Origin: a virus
Virus record (IMG/VR): IMGVR_UViG_2600255073_000006
Length of the DNA stretch: 64,000 nucleotides
Strand: one strand, 5' to 3'
The notes under the pieces are model-generated. The model searched no databases and had not been told where the DNA came from. It saw only the letters and a program-made list of their open reading frames with translations. Shown here one piece after another: positions 9,049 through 18,398 of the stretch (position 1 is its first letter; each line of letters begins with the position of its first letter). Made by a program: the position numbers and the translations under genes.

Positions 9049-10210
9049 TGATGACCTCCTCTAACCATGCCTCAATCAGGCCATTATCCACACTCATTTC
9101 ATACACCATGTGTTCATTTGGGCTGTAGCGGCCATAGTTAACACACAAGTACCAACGCCCAGAGGTGTAATTTTCTAGGTTATTTTTACTCGGGTGCAGG
9201 AAGGCGTTAAAGATTGGGATCACGCCCTGCGCCACCAAGTTTTGCCCCCAGTTTGTTAAGCGATCAACCACTTGCTCCATAAACGCTTCGGTCAATGGTT
9301 GTCCCAGCAGCGGTTGGCTGGTTTCTTCGAGCTTACGCGCCATTAAATCTTCCAAGCCGACATGAGCAATAAAACGTCCGGTATTGGTCCGATTGCCAAT
9401 GATAGACATGCCGCCCATTCGTGTACGGGCGATGGTCACCACGCCATGCTTATTTAAGAAATTGGCTTGGGTGGTTTTATCGTTGATTTTGTACGACACA
9501 GGCCGCGCCGCTTCGTCACACAAAACCCCTTGATTTTGTGGACTCTCCCAACCTTCAACCGAGGCCATCGCGGCCACCAAAGCAATGGAAGCTGGCATCA
9601 GTGATTGCACGCCGTCATAGGTTTTCAAAAACCACGGGTCGATGATTGACAACTTATCTTGCCCGGTCCCCTCCGAGCCAAATTGAGCGGCAAACTCGGC
9701 CGCGTCCTTATCATTGGTGTTCGGACCATCCAGAACTGGTCGGCAGCGCACATCGCGCCCGATAAGCGCCAGCTTTTGCCCCACGGCGAGGGAATGAAAC
9801 CCTGGCGCGGCGATGATGGTGGGCGTTTCTGCGCACGCTTTCACGGTTTCAAGGCCGGTGATTGCGCCGGTAGAAGGATTAACGCCACCGATGATATGGG
9901 CTTCGGTCACGGTAGGATCGGTATCGGCTTCGACAATCGTAACGTAAACAATACACTGAACGAATTCGAGTAAGTAGCGCACCACGTTTGGTAACGTGCC
10001 TTGCCGGGTCCCAACACTATCGAGCGATACCATCGCATGAGTGAAATTCCATACACGCGTGGGCTCGTTATAATTCAAACTTGGACTCTTATTGGGCGCG
10101 GTCCCAATTAAGTGCACCACCTGCAAGGCAAGTGGCCCCATGCTGGGTTGAGGCTCAATGGTATTGACTTCTACCCCATTGAGTTCAAAATCTTGGATTG
10201 GTGTGAGCAT
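9041..10210 (-). CDS. Contractile tail sheath protein
   Basis: 389 aa; FELNGVEV, PTIIAAPGF, GWESPQNQ, IIGNRT motifs (P2 FI-like). Confidence 0.9.
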   Translation of the reverse strand: MLTPIQDFELNGVEVNTIEPQPSMGPLALQVVHLIGTAPNKSPSLNYNEPTRVWNFTHAMVSLDSVGTRQGTLPNVVRYLLEFVQCIVYVTIVEADTDPTVTEAHIIGGVNPSTGAITGLETVKACAETPTIIAAPGFHSLAVGQKLALIGRDVRCRPVLDGPNTNDKDAAEFAAQFGSEGTGQDKLSIIDPWFLKTYDGVQSLMPASIALVAAMASVEGWESPQNQGVLCDEAARPVSYKINDKTTQANFLNKHGVVTIARTRMGGMSIIGNRTNTGRFIAHVGLEDLMARKLEETSQPLLGQPLTEAFMEQVVDRLTNWGQNLVAQGVIPIFNAFLHPSKNNLENYTSGRWYLCVNYGRYSPNEHMVYEMSVDNGLIEAWLEEVING

Positions 10211-10509
10211 TACTTGCCCTCTTTTTGCGTGGGTTTAGACGATACCTTGGCGTCCATCGCGGCCCCTAATTTCCCGTTTTGGATCAGGAAGGCCGTTTGT
10301 TGAGGCAAAAGGTGGATCGTTTTTTCACTGGGCGATACCCAACGACCTTGCAATCGAAACGCTTGGAGGATCGGGTATTCCAGTGGGGTGAGTGTGGATT
10401 TCTGCACAGAGACGCTCCAATAAAAAAGCCCTTCACGCGGTGGCAAAGGGCTTGGGTTAAAGAGAAAAACGCATTCGGCGCCGTTTATAGGGTGGGCCTT
10501 GGTGGCCAA
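10210..10509 (-). CDS. Hypothetical tail-region protein
   Basis: Coupled to the sheath start (TAATG). Confidence 0.6.
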   Translation of the reverse strand: MATKAHPINGAECVFLFNPSPLPPREGLFYWSVSVQKSTLTPLEYPILQAFRLQGRWVSPSEKTIHLLPQQTAFLIQNGKLGAAMDAKVSSKPTQKEGK

Positions 10510-10814
10510 ATGACCTCATTGGGATTAGAAAACTGTTGGGGTAAATCACGAAGCGCTTGGCGGTAAGTGGCAAACTCACGCTGCTTGTCTTCGGTCATCG
10601 GCGCATCCCCCACCTGAGTAAAATCGGTCTGTGACAGGGTTGAGTCACGCTCGGCTCGAATGTGTGCCCATCGCGCTTCCTGCTCAGCCGCATGGCACAT
10701 CTCTACCGCTTGCTGCGCATTAAAGCCCATTTTCATCAATATTTCGGGCTCGGCAGGCACATTGTACAGTGTCTCACCATGGGCATCCGTCAACGTCTTA
10801 ATTGTATAGGTCAT
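10485..10814 (-). CDS. Tail fibre assembly chaperone
   Basis: IRAERDSTLSQTDFTQ..D.P and YRQALRDLPQQ...VIWP motif. Confidence 0.7.
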   Translation of the reverse strand: MTYTIKTLTDAHGETLYNVPAEPEILMKMGFNAQQAVEMCHAAEQEARWAHIRAERDSTLSQTDFTQVGDAPMTEDKQREFATYRQALRDLPQQFSNPNEVIWPPRPTL

Positions 10815-10821
10815 GCTGTCC

Positions 10822-11619
10822 TCACTGTGCTTTTACATAACGTTTGTCTAACTCCATCGCATAAAGAAAGCGAATTTGATCGTCATAATCGGGGCCCAGA
10901 AAGGGATCGTCCTTATGATAAGCTTTCACTCGCCAATCGATTTCAAAAGCTTCATTGGAATAGGTCCCGGCCGACACCTCCCCACCTTCCCGGCTGTACC
11001 ACAGCTGATGCTGGAAGCTTTTGGTGACATGGTAAGTCAGCCCGCCTCTCAGGTAGCAACCACTTCGACTTGAATGGTTAACGATTTGCCCGTCCGTATA
11101 CCCAAGATACATAGGTCTAAGGCCATTAATGGGGCGAGCAATGCACTGCATGCCAAACGCAAGGCCTCGGACCGTTTTTCGGTAGGTTTGCCAAAATCGT
11201 TTGATGGTCATGTAATCGGCGTCGCCAAGAGTTGGGTGTCCGGCGCCTTCTATTTGCAGATTTAACCCCGCGACAGACAACCTTTCGCCGAACGGATCCA
11301 GCTCTTGGTCTTGCGCCCACTCTCTTGAAATGGTGAGCCGTGAGTCACCCCCTTTATTACTGGGAAATTGCCACCACACCGGATAGTAATTGTCAGTACT
11401 CAACCCGGTTAAATCAATCATCGACTGATACATACTTTGGCCATGGATGTCTTTGGCTTGTACTTGCCCCCGCCAACGCTCAAAGCTGTCCTTGGCTTCA
11501 ATAAATTTTTGATCAATCTCGCCCAGTTTCTCTATCACCTCTTGGGACAAGGCTTGTGAAGCGGCCGTCTGCTCTGCCGAGGCCGTCTGTAAATCGGTGA
11601 TCTTTTGCTCGATACTCAT
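10822..11619 (-). CDS. Short tail fibre / receptor-binding protein
   Basis: N-terminal coiled coil, DLTGLSTDNYYPVWW and YLRGG motifs; precedes the chaperone. Confidence 0.65.
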   Translation of the reverse strand: MSIEQKITDLQTASAEQTAASQALSQEVIEKLGEIDQKFIEAKDSFERWRGQVQAKDIHGQSMYQSMIDLTGLSTDNYYPVWWQFPSNKGGDSRLTISREWAQDQELDPFGERLSVAGLNLQIEGAGHPTLGDADYMTIKRFWQTYRKTVRGLAFGMQCIARPINGLRPMYLGYTDGQIVNHSSRSGCYLRGGLTYHVTKSFQHQLWYSREGGEVSAGTYSNEAFEIDWRVKAYHKDDPFLGPDYDDQIRFLYAMELDKRYVKAQ

Positions 11620-12155
11620 TAATCCAACTCCGCTCTGAGTCGCTCACTCAGCAACCATTGCTGGTGCGCGATTTTAATTTGTGTGGTGCCTAAAGAGATC
11701 GTGGCGATGGCCGCAGTGAGCACCTCTTCAAACATCAGTAAATTCAAATTCTCGGTCCCTACTTCGACCGTAATGCTGTCACTTGGCAGTGGAGACACAT
11801 CCAAGGTGAACTTTTGTAACCAACTCGAGTTCGCTGACTTGTAGGTCAGCAAGGTATTCGGAGCGGAATACAGTGCGAGCAAGGTACCGGACGCTAAAAA
11901 GAACCCGACTTCTCGCACTTCATATTCTTGATTGCCTTTGAATACGGCGCTCATTCTCAATTGTGTTGGGCTGAGCTCCTCCCAATCGACAATCACTTCA
12001 CGTTGCCGCTCGTTGTGTAACGCCTGCTGGTCGGTCGTTGGTGTATAACTGCGATCCCCCACGGCAATGGTTTTGATCGCTGCCTTGAGTCCTTGATGTT
12101 GGGCGCTGATAAGTTCCGCCAGCCCGGCATCGGTGTATTGCACGACATAACTCAT
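11619..12155 (-). CDS. Tail-collar fibre protein (fibre N-terminal anchor)
   Basis: TDAGLAELI..., YEVREVGFFLASGTLLA motif. Confidence 0.75.
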   Translation of the reverse strand: MSYVVQYTDAGLAELISAQHQGLKAAIKTIAVGDRSYTPTTDQQALHNERQREVIVDWEELSPTQLRMSAVFKGNQEYEVREVGFFLASGTLLALYSAPNTLLTYKSANSSWLQKFTLDVSPLPSDSITVEVGTENLNLLMFEEVLTAAIATISLGTTQIKIAHQQWLLSERLRAELD

Positions 12156-12841
12156 GCGATGGCTCCAAATTGATGTTCGGTGGTAAAAATAAGGCGTGTG
12201 GCAGCGCCCCAGTACAGCGGCGCAACGCCAGGGGAAATATCAGGAAGCGCACACAAAAGTGCAGATTCATCGCTTACCATGACGATGGGGTGCGTCACGG
12301 CAGACAAGGTAAACCCAGAATCGACACTGAGTGCCATGATCAAATGCACCGTGTCTCGCTCTGATTTGGTGCTCTCAATGCGGCTTAACACTCGGGTGGT
12401 GGCCGCCTTATCAAGCGCTTGGCTCCGCTGCGTTGCGATGCATTCAATGTGGTACGGAGGCGCTCTTGGGGTCATTTGATGCCAAGGGATCACGTCCACA
12501 TCACAATCAATTGCATCGAGGGCAATCGACAAACCGAGCCGCGTGCCCGCTTTACGGTGGATCTCAAAAGCCTTATCGACGGTTTTGCGTTGGCTCTGTG
12601 GCGTATCTTTGGGTTGCCAATCGCGCACGCCCCGCTCACCCGCCAGCAAGGCCACAAAGGGTGGCGCGGTCAATAAAGGCTGTTTGAGATTGGGATACGG
12701 GCAAGGCAGCGAGTGGAGAAGCTGCGCCCAGCCATACTCCAAGGCCTCTTCAATCAAAGACGCATTATTGGGCTGGACCGAAATAAACGCCTTATTCAGC
12801 TCGGACATGGACCACGACCTCCGTACAATACGGCGCTTCAT
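12152..12841 (-). CDS. Baseplate protein, P2 gpI-like
   Basis: QPNNASLIE, FEIHRKAGTR..L..AL motifs. Confidence 0.75.
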   Translation of the reverse strand: MKRRIVRRSWSMSELNKAFISVQPNNASLIEEALEYGWAQLLHSLPCPYPNLKQPLLTAPPFVALLAGERGVRDWQPKDTPQSQRKTVDKAFEIHRKAGTRLGLSIALDAIDCDVDVIPWHQMTPRAPPYHIECIATQRSQALDKAATTRVLSRIESTKSERDTVHLIMALSVDSGFTLSAVTHPIVMVSDESALLCALPDISPGVAPLYWGAATRLIFTTEHQFGAIA

Positions 12842-13772
12842 CCCAAGCGCAGATCACATCCGTCACCGGCGCTTGCACTTTGGCTCGCTTGGCCCCTAAT
12901 TCATAAAAGATGTGCGCCACCTCTTCTCGGTCAACAATGCTGCCAAGTGTCTGCGCCTGGTCGGCAAACTGCCAAGCCACAGCGACCGCTGAAGCATTAT
13001 CGACTTCGTTTTTTGGATCGGCGCCAGTGAACAAGGTCACCTCAATGCGATAGGGTTTCGGTATCGCGGCTTTGACCGTCACTTCATCAGACTCTTGCGC
13101 GATATCATCGCGATTTAAATATTGGTGCGCTCTTTCCAGCAAGTCTGAATGAGGGACCCCATCGGCGGACGCACGGCTGAGCAGTGCCACGCACACTTTG
13201 CCCGTATTTGGTTCTAGCATTCTGGCCTGCGCATCTTTGATGGGATTGGGTAAGGATGTGTCAGGAAATTCATAACGCATCACCAGCGCGTCTTTTTCTG
13301 AGCGCACCGTAATGGTGGGCCGCTCTTCTAACGTCATCGCATGAAAGCGATAACCGAGCCGAGTGCCGGTGGTATGAAACTGAAAAGGCGCCAAATCGAA
13401 ACGCTGCAGCAAGCTTTCATTCGATTCCATCACCGCAGGCTTGGCAGGAAAGACCGTGTCATCCCCCGCTTCAATCACTTGGCGTTTCAAGCTGTATTGC
13501 AGTGCCAGTAAATCGACCATGTCGCTATCGGTGACGTATTTACGAAACATCTGCAACGCTTGATGATTTTGCTCGCGAATTTCAGCGGTGCGTTTTAAGA
13601 CAAAGGCTTGCGTTACCTGAGCCAGCAGCTCGCCTTGATTGTCAAACGCCTCACGCAGAAGAGTAGCTTTGTCTTGGTCTCGCTCGGCGCAATAAGCCAG
13701 CGCATGTTGGATGTAGTCACTGAGCAGCGTTTCAAAGTGCGGCTCACTGAACGCCTTGGGTTTGGCACTCAT
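12792..13772 (-). CDS. Baseplate wedge protein, gpJ-like
   Basis: LDLLA/YSLKR-type motif, TGTRLGYRFHA, WDEAPYC C-terminus. Confidence 0.8.
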   Translation of the reverse strand: MSAKPKAFSEPHFETLLSDYIQHALAYCAERDQDKATLLREAFDNQGELLAQVTQAFVLKRTAEIREQNHQALQMFRKYVTDSDMVDLLALQYSLKRQVIEAGDDTVFPAKPAVMESNESLLQRFDLAPFQFHTTGTRLGYRFHAMTLEERPTITVRSEKDALVMRYEFPDTSLPNPIKDAQARMLEPNTGKVCVALLSRASADGVPHSDLLERAHQYLNRDDIAQESDEVTVKAAIPKPYRIEVTLFTGADPKNEVDNASAVAVAWQFADQAQTLGSIVDREEVAHIFYELGAKRAKVQAPVTDVICAWDEAPYCTEVVVHVRAE

Positions 13773-14101
13773 AATACACCCCTTAACTGCAGCGGCTCAC
13801 CGCGCCAGGTCCCAGAAACCTTGACTCGAAATCCATTCAAATGTGGGGTGGCTTGGCACTGAATGCCTTGGTAATCGGTCAAGCCATTCAATGGGTTAGA
13901 TAACGCTTCTAGGGTGAGGTTTTGCACGATCATCGCTTCGGTCGGGCTCTGCTGTTTGCCCAATCGCGAGACGGCGCGATTGCCCACGCCGCGACGTTTG
14001 ACTCGTGAACTCACTTGTGTGGTTAATATCTTGGCAAAACGGCAGCTCAACGCAGCGGCTCCGGTGACGGTTTTGCCGGTTTGGGGATCAATACCTATCA
14101 T
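13769..14101 (-). CDS. Baseplate protein, gpW/gp25-like
   Basis: MIGID..TG...ILTT..SSRVKRR..G pattern. Confidence 0.65.
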   Translation of the reverse strand: MIGIDPQTGKTVTGAAALSCRFAKILTTQVSSRVKRRGVGNRAVSRLGKQQSPTEAMIVQNLTLEALSNPLNGLTDYQGIQCQATPHLNGFRVKVSGTWRGEPLQLRGVL

Positions 14102-14709
14102 TGCTTTTGCTCCGTTGGCTGGGTTTTCGAAGGGCCAGAGGCAATACCTGGGTGAGCGTGCTGGTTATAAATCTCACGGTCTGCTTGCATCGAGCGAGTA
14201 TGGTCGGTGATGGCGCCCGTGGCTTTATAGTGCCCGTCTTGCCAAGTATCCCCATAGATTTTCATGCCGCCTGGATACCGACAAATCAGCGCACCGTCAT
14301 CGAGGTTATAAAGCTCAGTCATGCCGTTGCCGTAATCGGTCATCACCTCGTTCTCGTTGATGGTGGGGCTTGGAAACTGCGTCGACGGCAATCCCATCAA
14401 CGCCACCGCATTGTTTAAGTTATCCCCGCTGCCCAAGTTGATCAGCAAACATTGCTCGTTGACCGAGGGCCGCCGATACTGACTGACTCTGCCTGCGGCA
14501 AGGACAAAAAAAGGGACCCGCTTAGCCAGATTCGCCCCGGTTTGAATATCGACGGTGTTTGCCTCGGCTTTGACCACCACACCTAAGCGCAGTAGATTGG
14601 CCGAAGCACGATGGTTTTCTTCAAGCTCTTCATGCAACTCAAGCACCTTCTTCTCTAAGGCACTCACATGTTTCATCAGTTGGGTGAGCATGGGCCGCCC
14701 CTCCTTCAA
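14098..14709 (-). CDS. Baseplate spike protein, gpV-like
   Basis: AGRVSQYRRPSVNEQCLL, C-terminal HAH metal-binding tip. Confidence 0.85.
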   Translation of the reverse strand: MKEGRPMLTQLMKHVSALEKKVLELHEELEENHRASANLLRLGVVVKAEANTVDIQTGANLAKRVPFFVLAAGRVSQYRRPSVNEQCLLINLGSGDNLNNAVALMGLPSTQFPSPTINENEVMTDYGNGMTELYNLDDGALICRYPGGMKIYGDTWQDGHYKATGAITDHTRSMQADREIYNQHAHPGIASGPSKTQPTEQKQ

Positions 14710-15160
14710 TGTAATGCCAGCTCTCTTCCACTGGGCCTAATCGGATCCGCTGTCTCATGGTCACGGTTCGGGCAAACACACCATTTTTCGGATCGAATTT
14801 ACTCGGCAGATTGGCTACCACGGTCGCGCCGTCTAAATCACTGCAGACGCCAAAGTGCTGCATCGATAATTCCCGCTCTAAGCGTGTTGACGCGTCCAAT
14901 GCTTCTAAATCAAAGTCCGGCATGGAAAGAGGCACTTCAACCAAGAACCGCAATTCAATCTCATGAAGGTTCCGGCCATCGTTGGCATATTCGTTGACCG
15001 GATCGGCCTCGCCGATGTGATAACTGACGGTGGTAGTGTCCAATTGAACCGCTTGGCGCCGATAAACAGTCTCGATGTTCAGCGCCAGGCGCTGCTCTAA
15101 GTGATGGACCACCAATAAAACCCACTCACGCGGCGAGCGAAAGAACGTGTTTGAATTCAC
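14639..15160 (-). CDS. Putative tail terminator/completion protein
   Basis: 3' part of ORF 14639-15415 with a GTG start at 15160; position between the Z-like gene and gpV. Confidence 0.55.
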   Translation of the reverse strand: MNSNTFFRSPREWVLLVVHHLEQRLALNIETVYRRQAVQLDTTTVSYHIGEADPVNEYANDGRNLHEIELRFLVEVPLSMPDFDLEALDASTRLERELSMQHFGVCSDLDGATVVANLPSKFDPKNGVFARTVTMRQRIRLGPVEESWHYIEGGAAHAHPTDETCECLREEGA

Positions 15161-15650
15161 GATGAAAAAATGCCTCAAATTTACGATTAATATCAGGTAA
15201 GTAGCTCTCGACAATCGCATCGACCTCATCATGGATCTCGATGGTGACGCTTTCGATGCGCTTGTTCGACTTACCTCGCCTTCGCCATACCAAAAGCTGA
15301 TCGCTGTCCATTGGCGAGATAAACGCGCCGGCAAAAAAATGTTCCCCAACCTGAACGCCTGAGCGAGTTTGCACTGGCCTGCCAAGCCGATGCACGCCAA
15401 TATCACGCACCCCAATCCACACCTTCGACACCCGCCCTTTTTTGTAGACTCGAAACCGTGAACGCAGCGCTTTGATATCGATGCTCATTTCATAGCCAAG
15501 CTCGGCCATCGATACCCCCCGCAGCCACCGAGAAGTCAGCGACGCCGCTCGAATCACGGCTTTGGGGATGGCCTTTTCAAACGCTTCATAACGATGAATG
15601 AACGTGGTATCGAGCTGCCATTCATTTCGACTAGAATTCAGACCATTCAT
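15126..15650 (-). CDS. Minor tail protein, lambda gpZ-like
   Basis: Arg-rich, FFAGAFI motif; synteny. Confidence 0.6.
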   Translation of the reverse strand: MNGLNSSRNEWQLDTTFIHRYEAFEKAIPKAVIRAASLTSRWLRGVSMAELGYEMSIDIKALRSRFRVYKKGRVSKVWIGVRDIGVHRLGRPVQTRSGVQVGEHFFAGAFISPMDSDQLLVWRRRGKSNKRIESVTIEIHDEVDAIVESYLPDINRKFEAFFHREFKHVLSLAA

Positions 15651-15957
15651 GCTGCGCCCTCTGACTGTCTGAGACCATGACATATTCGCGCATCAGCTGA
15701 CTGGTTGCGCTGGGATTGCCCGCGGCGGCATGAAAGACCAACCGATAGCGCTCGCCCTGATAGTGTAAGATACAGCCTTCCGGCAGCGTGGAGTCGGTAA
15801 GCAGCAAATGCACTTGATTGACGCCCTTTTCATGGCGCCGAAGGTAACCCACCACTTCCAATGGCTGCCCTTGTCTGGTCATCACTTCCATCGAGCGCCC
15901 AAAACAGCGTTGGATTGATTGACGAATAAGATCCCGAGCCGCTACAAACACGCTCAT
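15631..15957 (-). CDS. Head-tail joining protein (putative)
   Basis: 108 aa; synteny after the capsid decoration gene. Confidence 0.55.
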   Translation of the reverse strand: MSVFVAARDLIRQSIQRCFGRSMEVMTRQGQPLEVVGYLRRHEKGVNQVHLLLTDSTLPEGCILHYQGERYRLVFHAAAGNPSATSQLMREYVMVSDSQRAQHEWSEF

Positions 15958-15960
15958 CGC

Positions 15961-16317
15961 TTAGGTCACAAACTCAGTGATGAGCCCGCCCGTTAAGAGC
16001 ACACCGCCATCAATGAACACCCCAACCGGTTGAGAGATGTCTCCGGTACCCGTCGGTTGGGTCTTGGTAAACTCGCTATCGTGAAAGTACGCTGGCTCAG
16101 ACTCAAAACGCACATCATCGCCTGCTCGAATGGGCCCATCAAAATGGCCTTGTAGGTAACACACCGCCGTGTCTCCCGCTTCTGCGGTAAAATTGGGCAC
16201 CACGAGTAACGCCCCAAGTAAACACGGCACATCTTTTTGAAAACCACCCGCTGGAACGGGGGCGACTATCTTTTTTCCATCGCTTAAACGCATATCGTCA
16301 CCATTAAAAAAGGGCAA
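15961..16317 (-). CDS. DUF2190-like capsid cement/decoration protein
   Basis: DGKKIVAPVPAGG...GDTAVC pattern directly after the capsid gene. Confidence 0.6.
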   Translation of the reverse strand: MPFFNGDDMRLSDGKKIVAPVPAGGFQKDVPCLLGALLVVPNFTAEAGDTAVCYLQGHFDGPIRAGDDVRFESEPAYFHDSEFTKTQPTGTGDISQPVGVFIDGGVLLTGGLITEFVT

Positions 16318-16364
16318 GCCATGCTCACCCTATCTATCCAATAAACTGGTTGTTAGCCATCCCA

Positions 16365-18398
16365 TCACTTTGTTTTGACCCCATTTGCTGCAAAGCTCGC
16401 CTTAGCAATGCCACGGCGATCCAACACCTTCGACATTAAGTCATAAGTAATGCGGAATTTGGCCCCATCACTGGTCCAGCCGTCGCCGGTTTCAAGCCAC
16501 GGATCTTGCTGGCCATCTAAAAACCCCATCACCACGGTATCAAAGTCTTTGCCCGTTAACGCCAAAGCGCCATTGACCTCGGCCACACGCGCCGTTTCAA
16601 TCACTTTGCTGAACTTTTTATACGCTGGGTTAAACACATCGGGTTTGCTTGCTGTATTCAATACCGCTTCAAACATAGAGGCATGATCGGGGCTCGCGAT
16701 TAAAATCTCACCGCGCAAATCTAACGCATCACCTTGACCGGCTTCGCCACTAAACGGAATGGTGGTGGCCGTAGCAAACACCTTGTGCAGTGCCATGATC
16801 ATGGCCGCGTAATCGCCTTGGGCTACGTCGTTAACCAGATTACCCCAGCCCTTGTCTTTACCGGCTTTAAACACATCGCCGCCATCGGCCATCTTGCCGG
16901 CGAAAATCGCGTTAAACATCAACTTGTCTGACAGACGATATCCCGATTGCATGAATTTACGCGGCACCTTGGCTACCAAACCAATCTCATCATTAATGAT
17001 GGCGTGACGAGTGAACTGTATTTCTCGGCCAAAGGTTGCAAGCTGAATGCGCTCACCGCTGCCTTTTAAGATCGCCGCTTTGTACTCACCGTCTTCTGAG
17101 ATTTTCATCAGATCCGGCGCGTCGTTGACCATCACCAGCTCGGTTTCACGAAAGTCCGTGAGGTTTTCCACATTGGCCAGCTCACGCCACATCGGCGCAC
17201 TGGCCTGCGCTTCATCACGCATCACCGTGCGAATGCCTTCGGTGATGATGTCGCCAAAATCCCCGGTGTTAAAGGCCCGGTTGACCAATTCATTTTTGGT
17301 GATGGCACTGCGGGCATTCACATCAAGGCAAGCCCGCGCCATATTGAGCAGCGATTCATGACCAAACGCGTTGTCTTTTTCCAGCTCCGCCACCCCACAT
17401 CGTGCGTTTAAAGCATTTTGCAGTTCCTCTTTCACATGGTGACCATTGCCCACTCTCATGTGGATGGCGGTTAAATTAGCCTCCGGTTCGGGCTGCCCTG
17501 TCGCCGATTGATGGCCAATACTGGCTAAAATCTTGGTCGAGGCTTGCGCCACTGAGCACGTTAAATCGGTGAGCATCGCATTGGTGAGGGCCTCACTGAC
17601 ATGATGTTGCGCGCACAGCGCACGAATATCGGCTTGGCGCTGGTTTTCATGTTTCACCGCCTTGTGTATGTCTTCATTTGGGCTTGGCATGTCGCTTTCC
17701 TGCTTGGGTGGGTTGAGTTGAGTTGCAAGTGGCTGAGCAGAGGCGGCCAAGGGTTCGGTTTCTTTGCTTTGCCGTGTGAGCGAGTGAATAAGTGCGCTGG
17801 GCGGTTGTTTGAAATGCTTAAAGTCGGATTCATCGAAGTCTTGTAGAGAGTTACTCAAATCGACTGCCTCCACCACTTCATCAACCAGTCCCCACTCTTT
17901 GGCGGCCTTCGCGGTGAACCAAGTTTCGTTCTCCATCGCCGTCAGTACCGCGTCGAGCGGTTGGCCGGACTTTTGCGCGTACGCTTTCGAAATGGTTTGG
18001 GTGGCCGCTTGCAACTGCTGCAGTGCGGAGTTGATTTCTTTCTCACCGCCCCAGGCCCCAATCGAGGGGTTATGGATCATCAACATGGCGTTTTCAGGCA
18101 TACGAATCGCATCACAGGCGAGCAAAACATAAGTGGCGATACTGGCGGCCATCCCATCGACGATGCCGATCACTTTTCCTTTGTGGGCCTGTAAGGCGTT
18201 GTACATGGCTAAGCCTTGGTAGACACTGCCACCGCCACTTAACATGCGTAATTCGACCTCTTTTCCATCGGCCGCTTGCAGTGCCGTGATGATTTCTGTC
18301 GCATCAATATCCCAAGCGCTGATGTCGCCATGCACCCAGATCTTAATCACCTCGGCTTCATTGTTGAGCGTGTACCAACGCTTATTTGGCTTTGGCAT
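16365..18398 (-). CDS. ClpP-type prohead protease-major capsid fusion protein
   Basis: N-terminal S14 motifs (SGGGSVYQG, GMAASIA, MIHNP); C-terminal capsid domain (LTDFRE, GERIQLATFGREIQFTRHAIIND). Confidence 0.9.
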   Translation of the reverse strand: MPKPNKRWYTLNNEAEVIKIWVHGDISAWDIDATEIITALQAADGKEVELRMLSGGGSVYQGLAMYNALQAHKGKVIGIVDGMAASIATYVLLACDAIRMPENAMLMIHNPSIGAWGGEKEINSALQQLQAATQTISKAYAQKSGQPLDAVLTAMENETWFTAKAAKEWGLVDEVVEAVDLSNSLQDFDESDFKHFKQPPSALIHSLTRQSKETEPLAASAQPLATQLNPPKQESDMPSPNEDIHKAVKHENQRQADIRALCAQHHVSEALTNAMLTDLTCSVAQASTKILASIGHQSATGQPEPEANLTAIHMRVGNGHHVKEELQNALNARCGVAELEKDNAFGHESLLNMARACLDVNARSAITKNELVNRAFNTGDFGDIITEGIRTVMRDEAQASAPMWRELANVENLTDFRETELVMVNDAPDLMKISEDGEYKAAILKGSGERIQLATFGREIQFTRHAIINDEIGLVAKVPRKFMQSGYRLSDKLMFNAIFAGKMADGGDVFKAGKDKGWGNLVNDVAQGDYAAMIMALHKVFATATTIPFSGEAGQGDALDLRGEILIASPDHASMFEAVLNTASKPDVFNPAYKKFSKVIETARVAEVNGALALTGKDFDTVVMGFLDGQQDPWLETGDGWTSDGAKFRITYDLMSKVLDRRGIAKASFAANGVKTK

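Noticed and set aside
1795-16317. Tailocin (R-type bacteriocin)
   Set aside because: Capsid, portal, terminase, replication and integration genes are all present.
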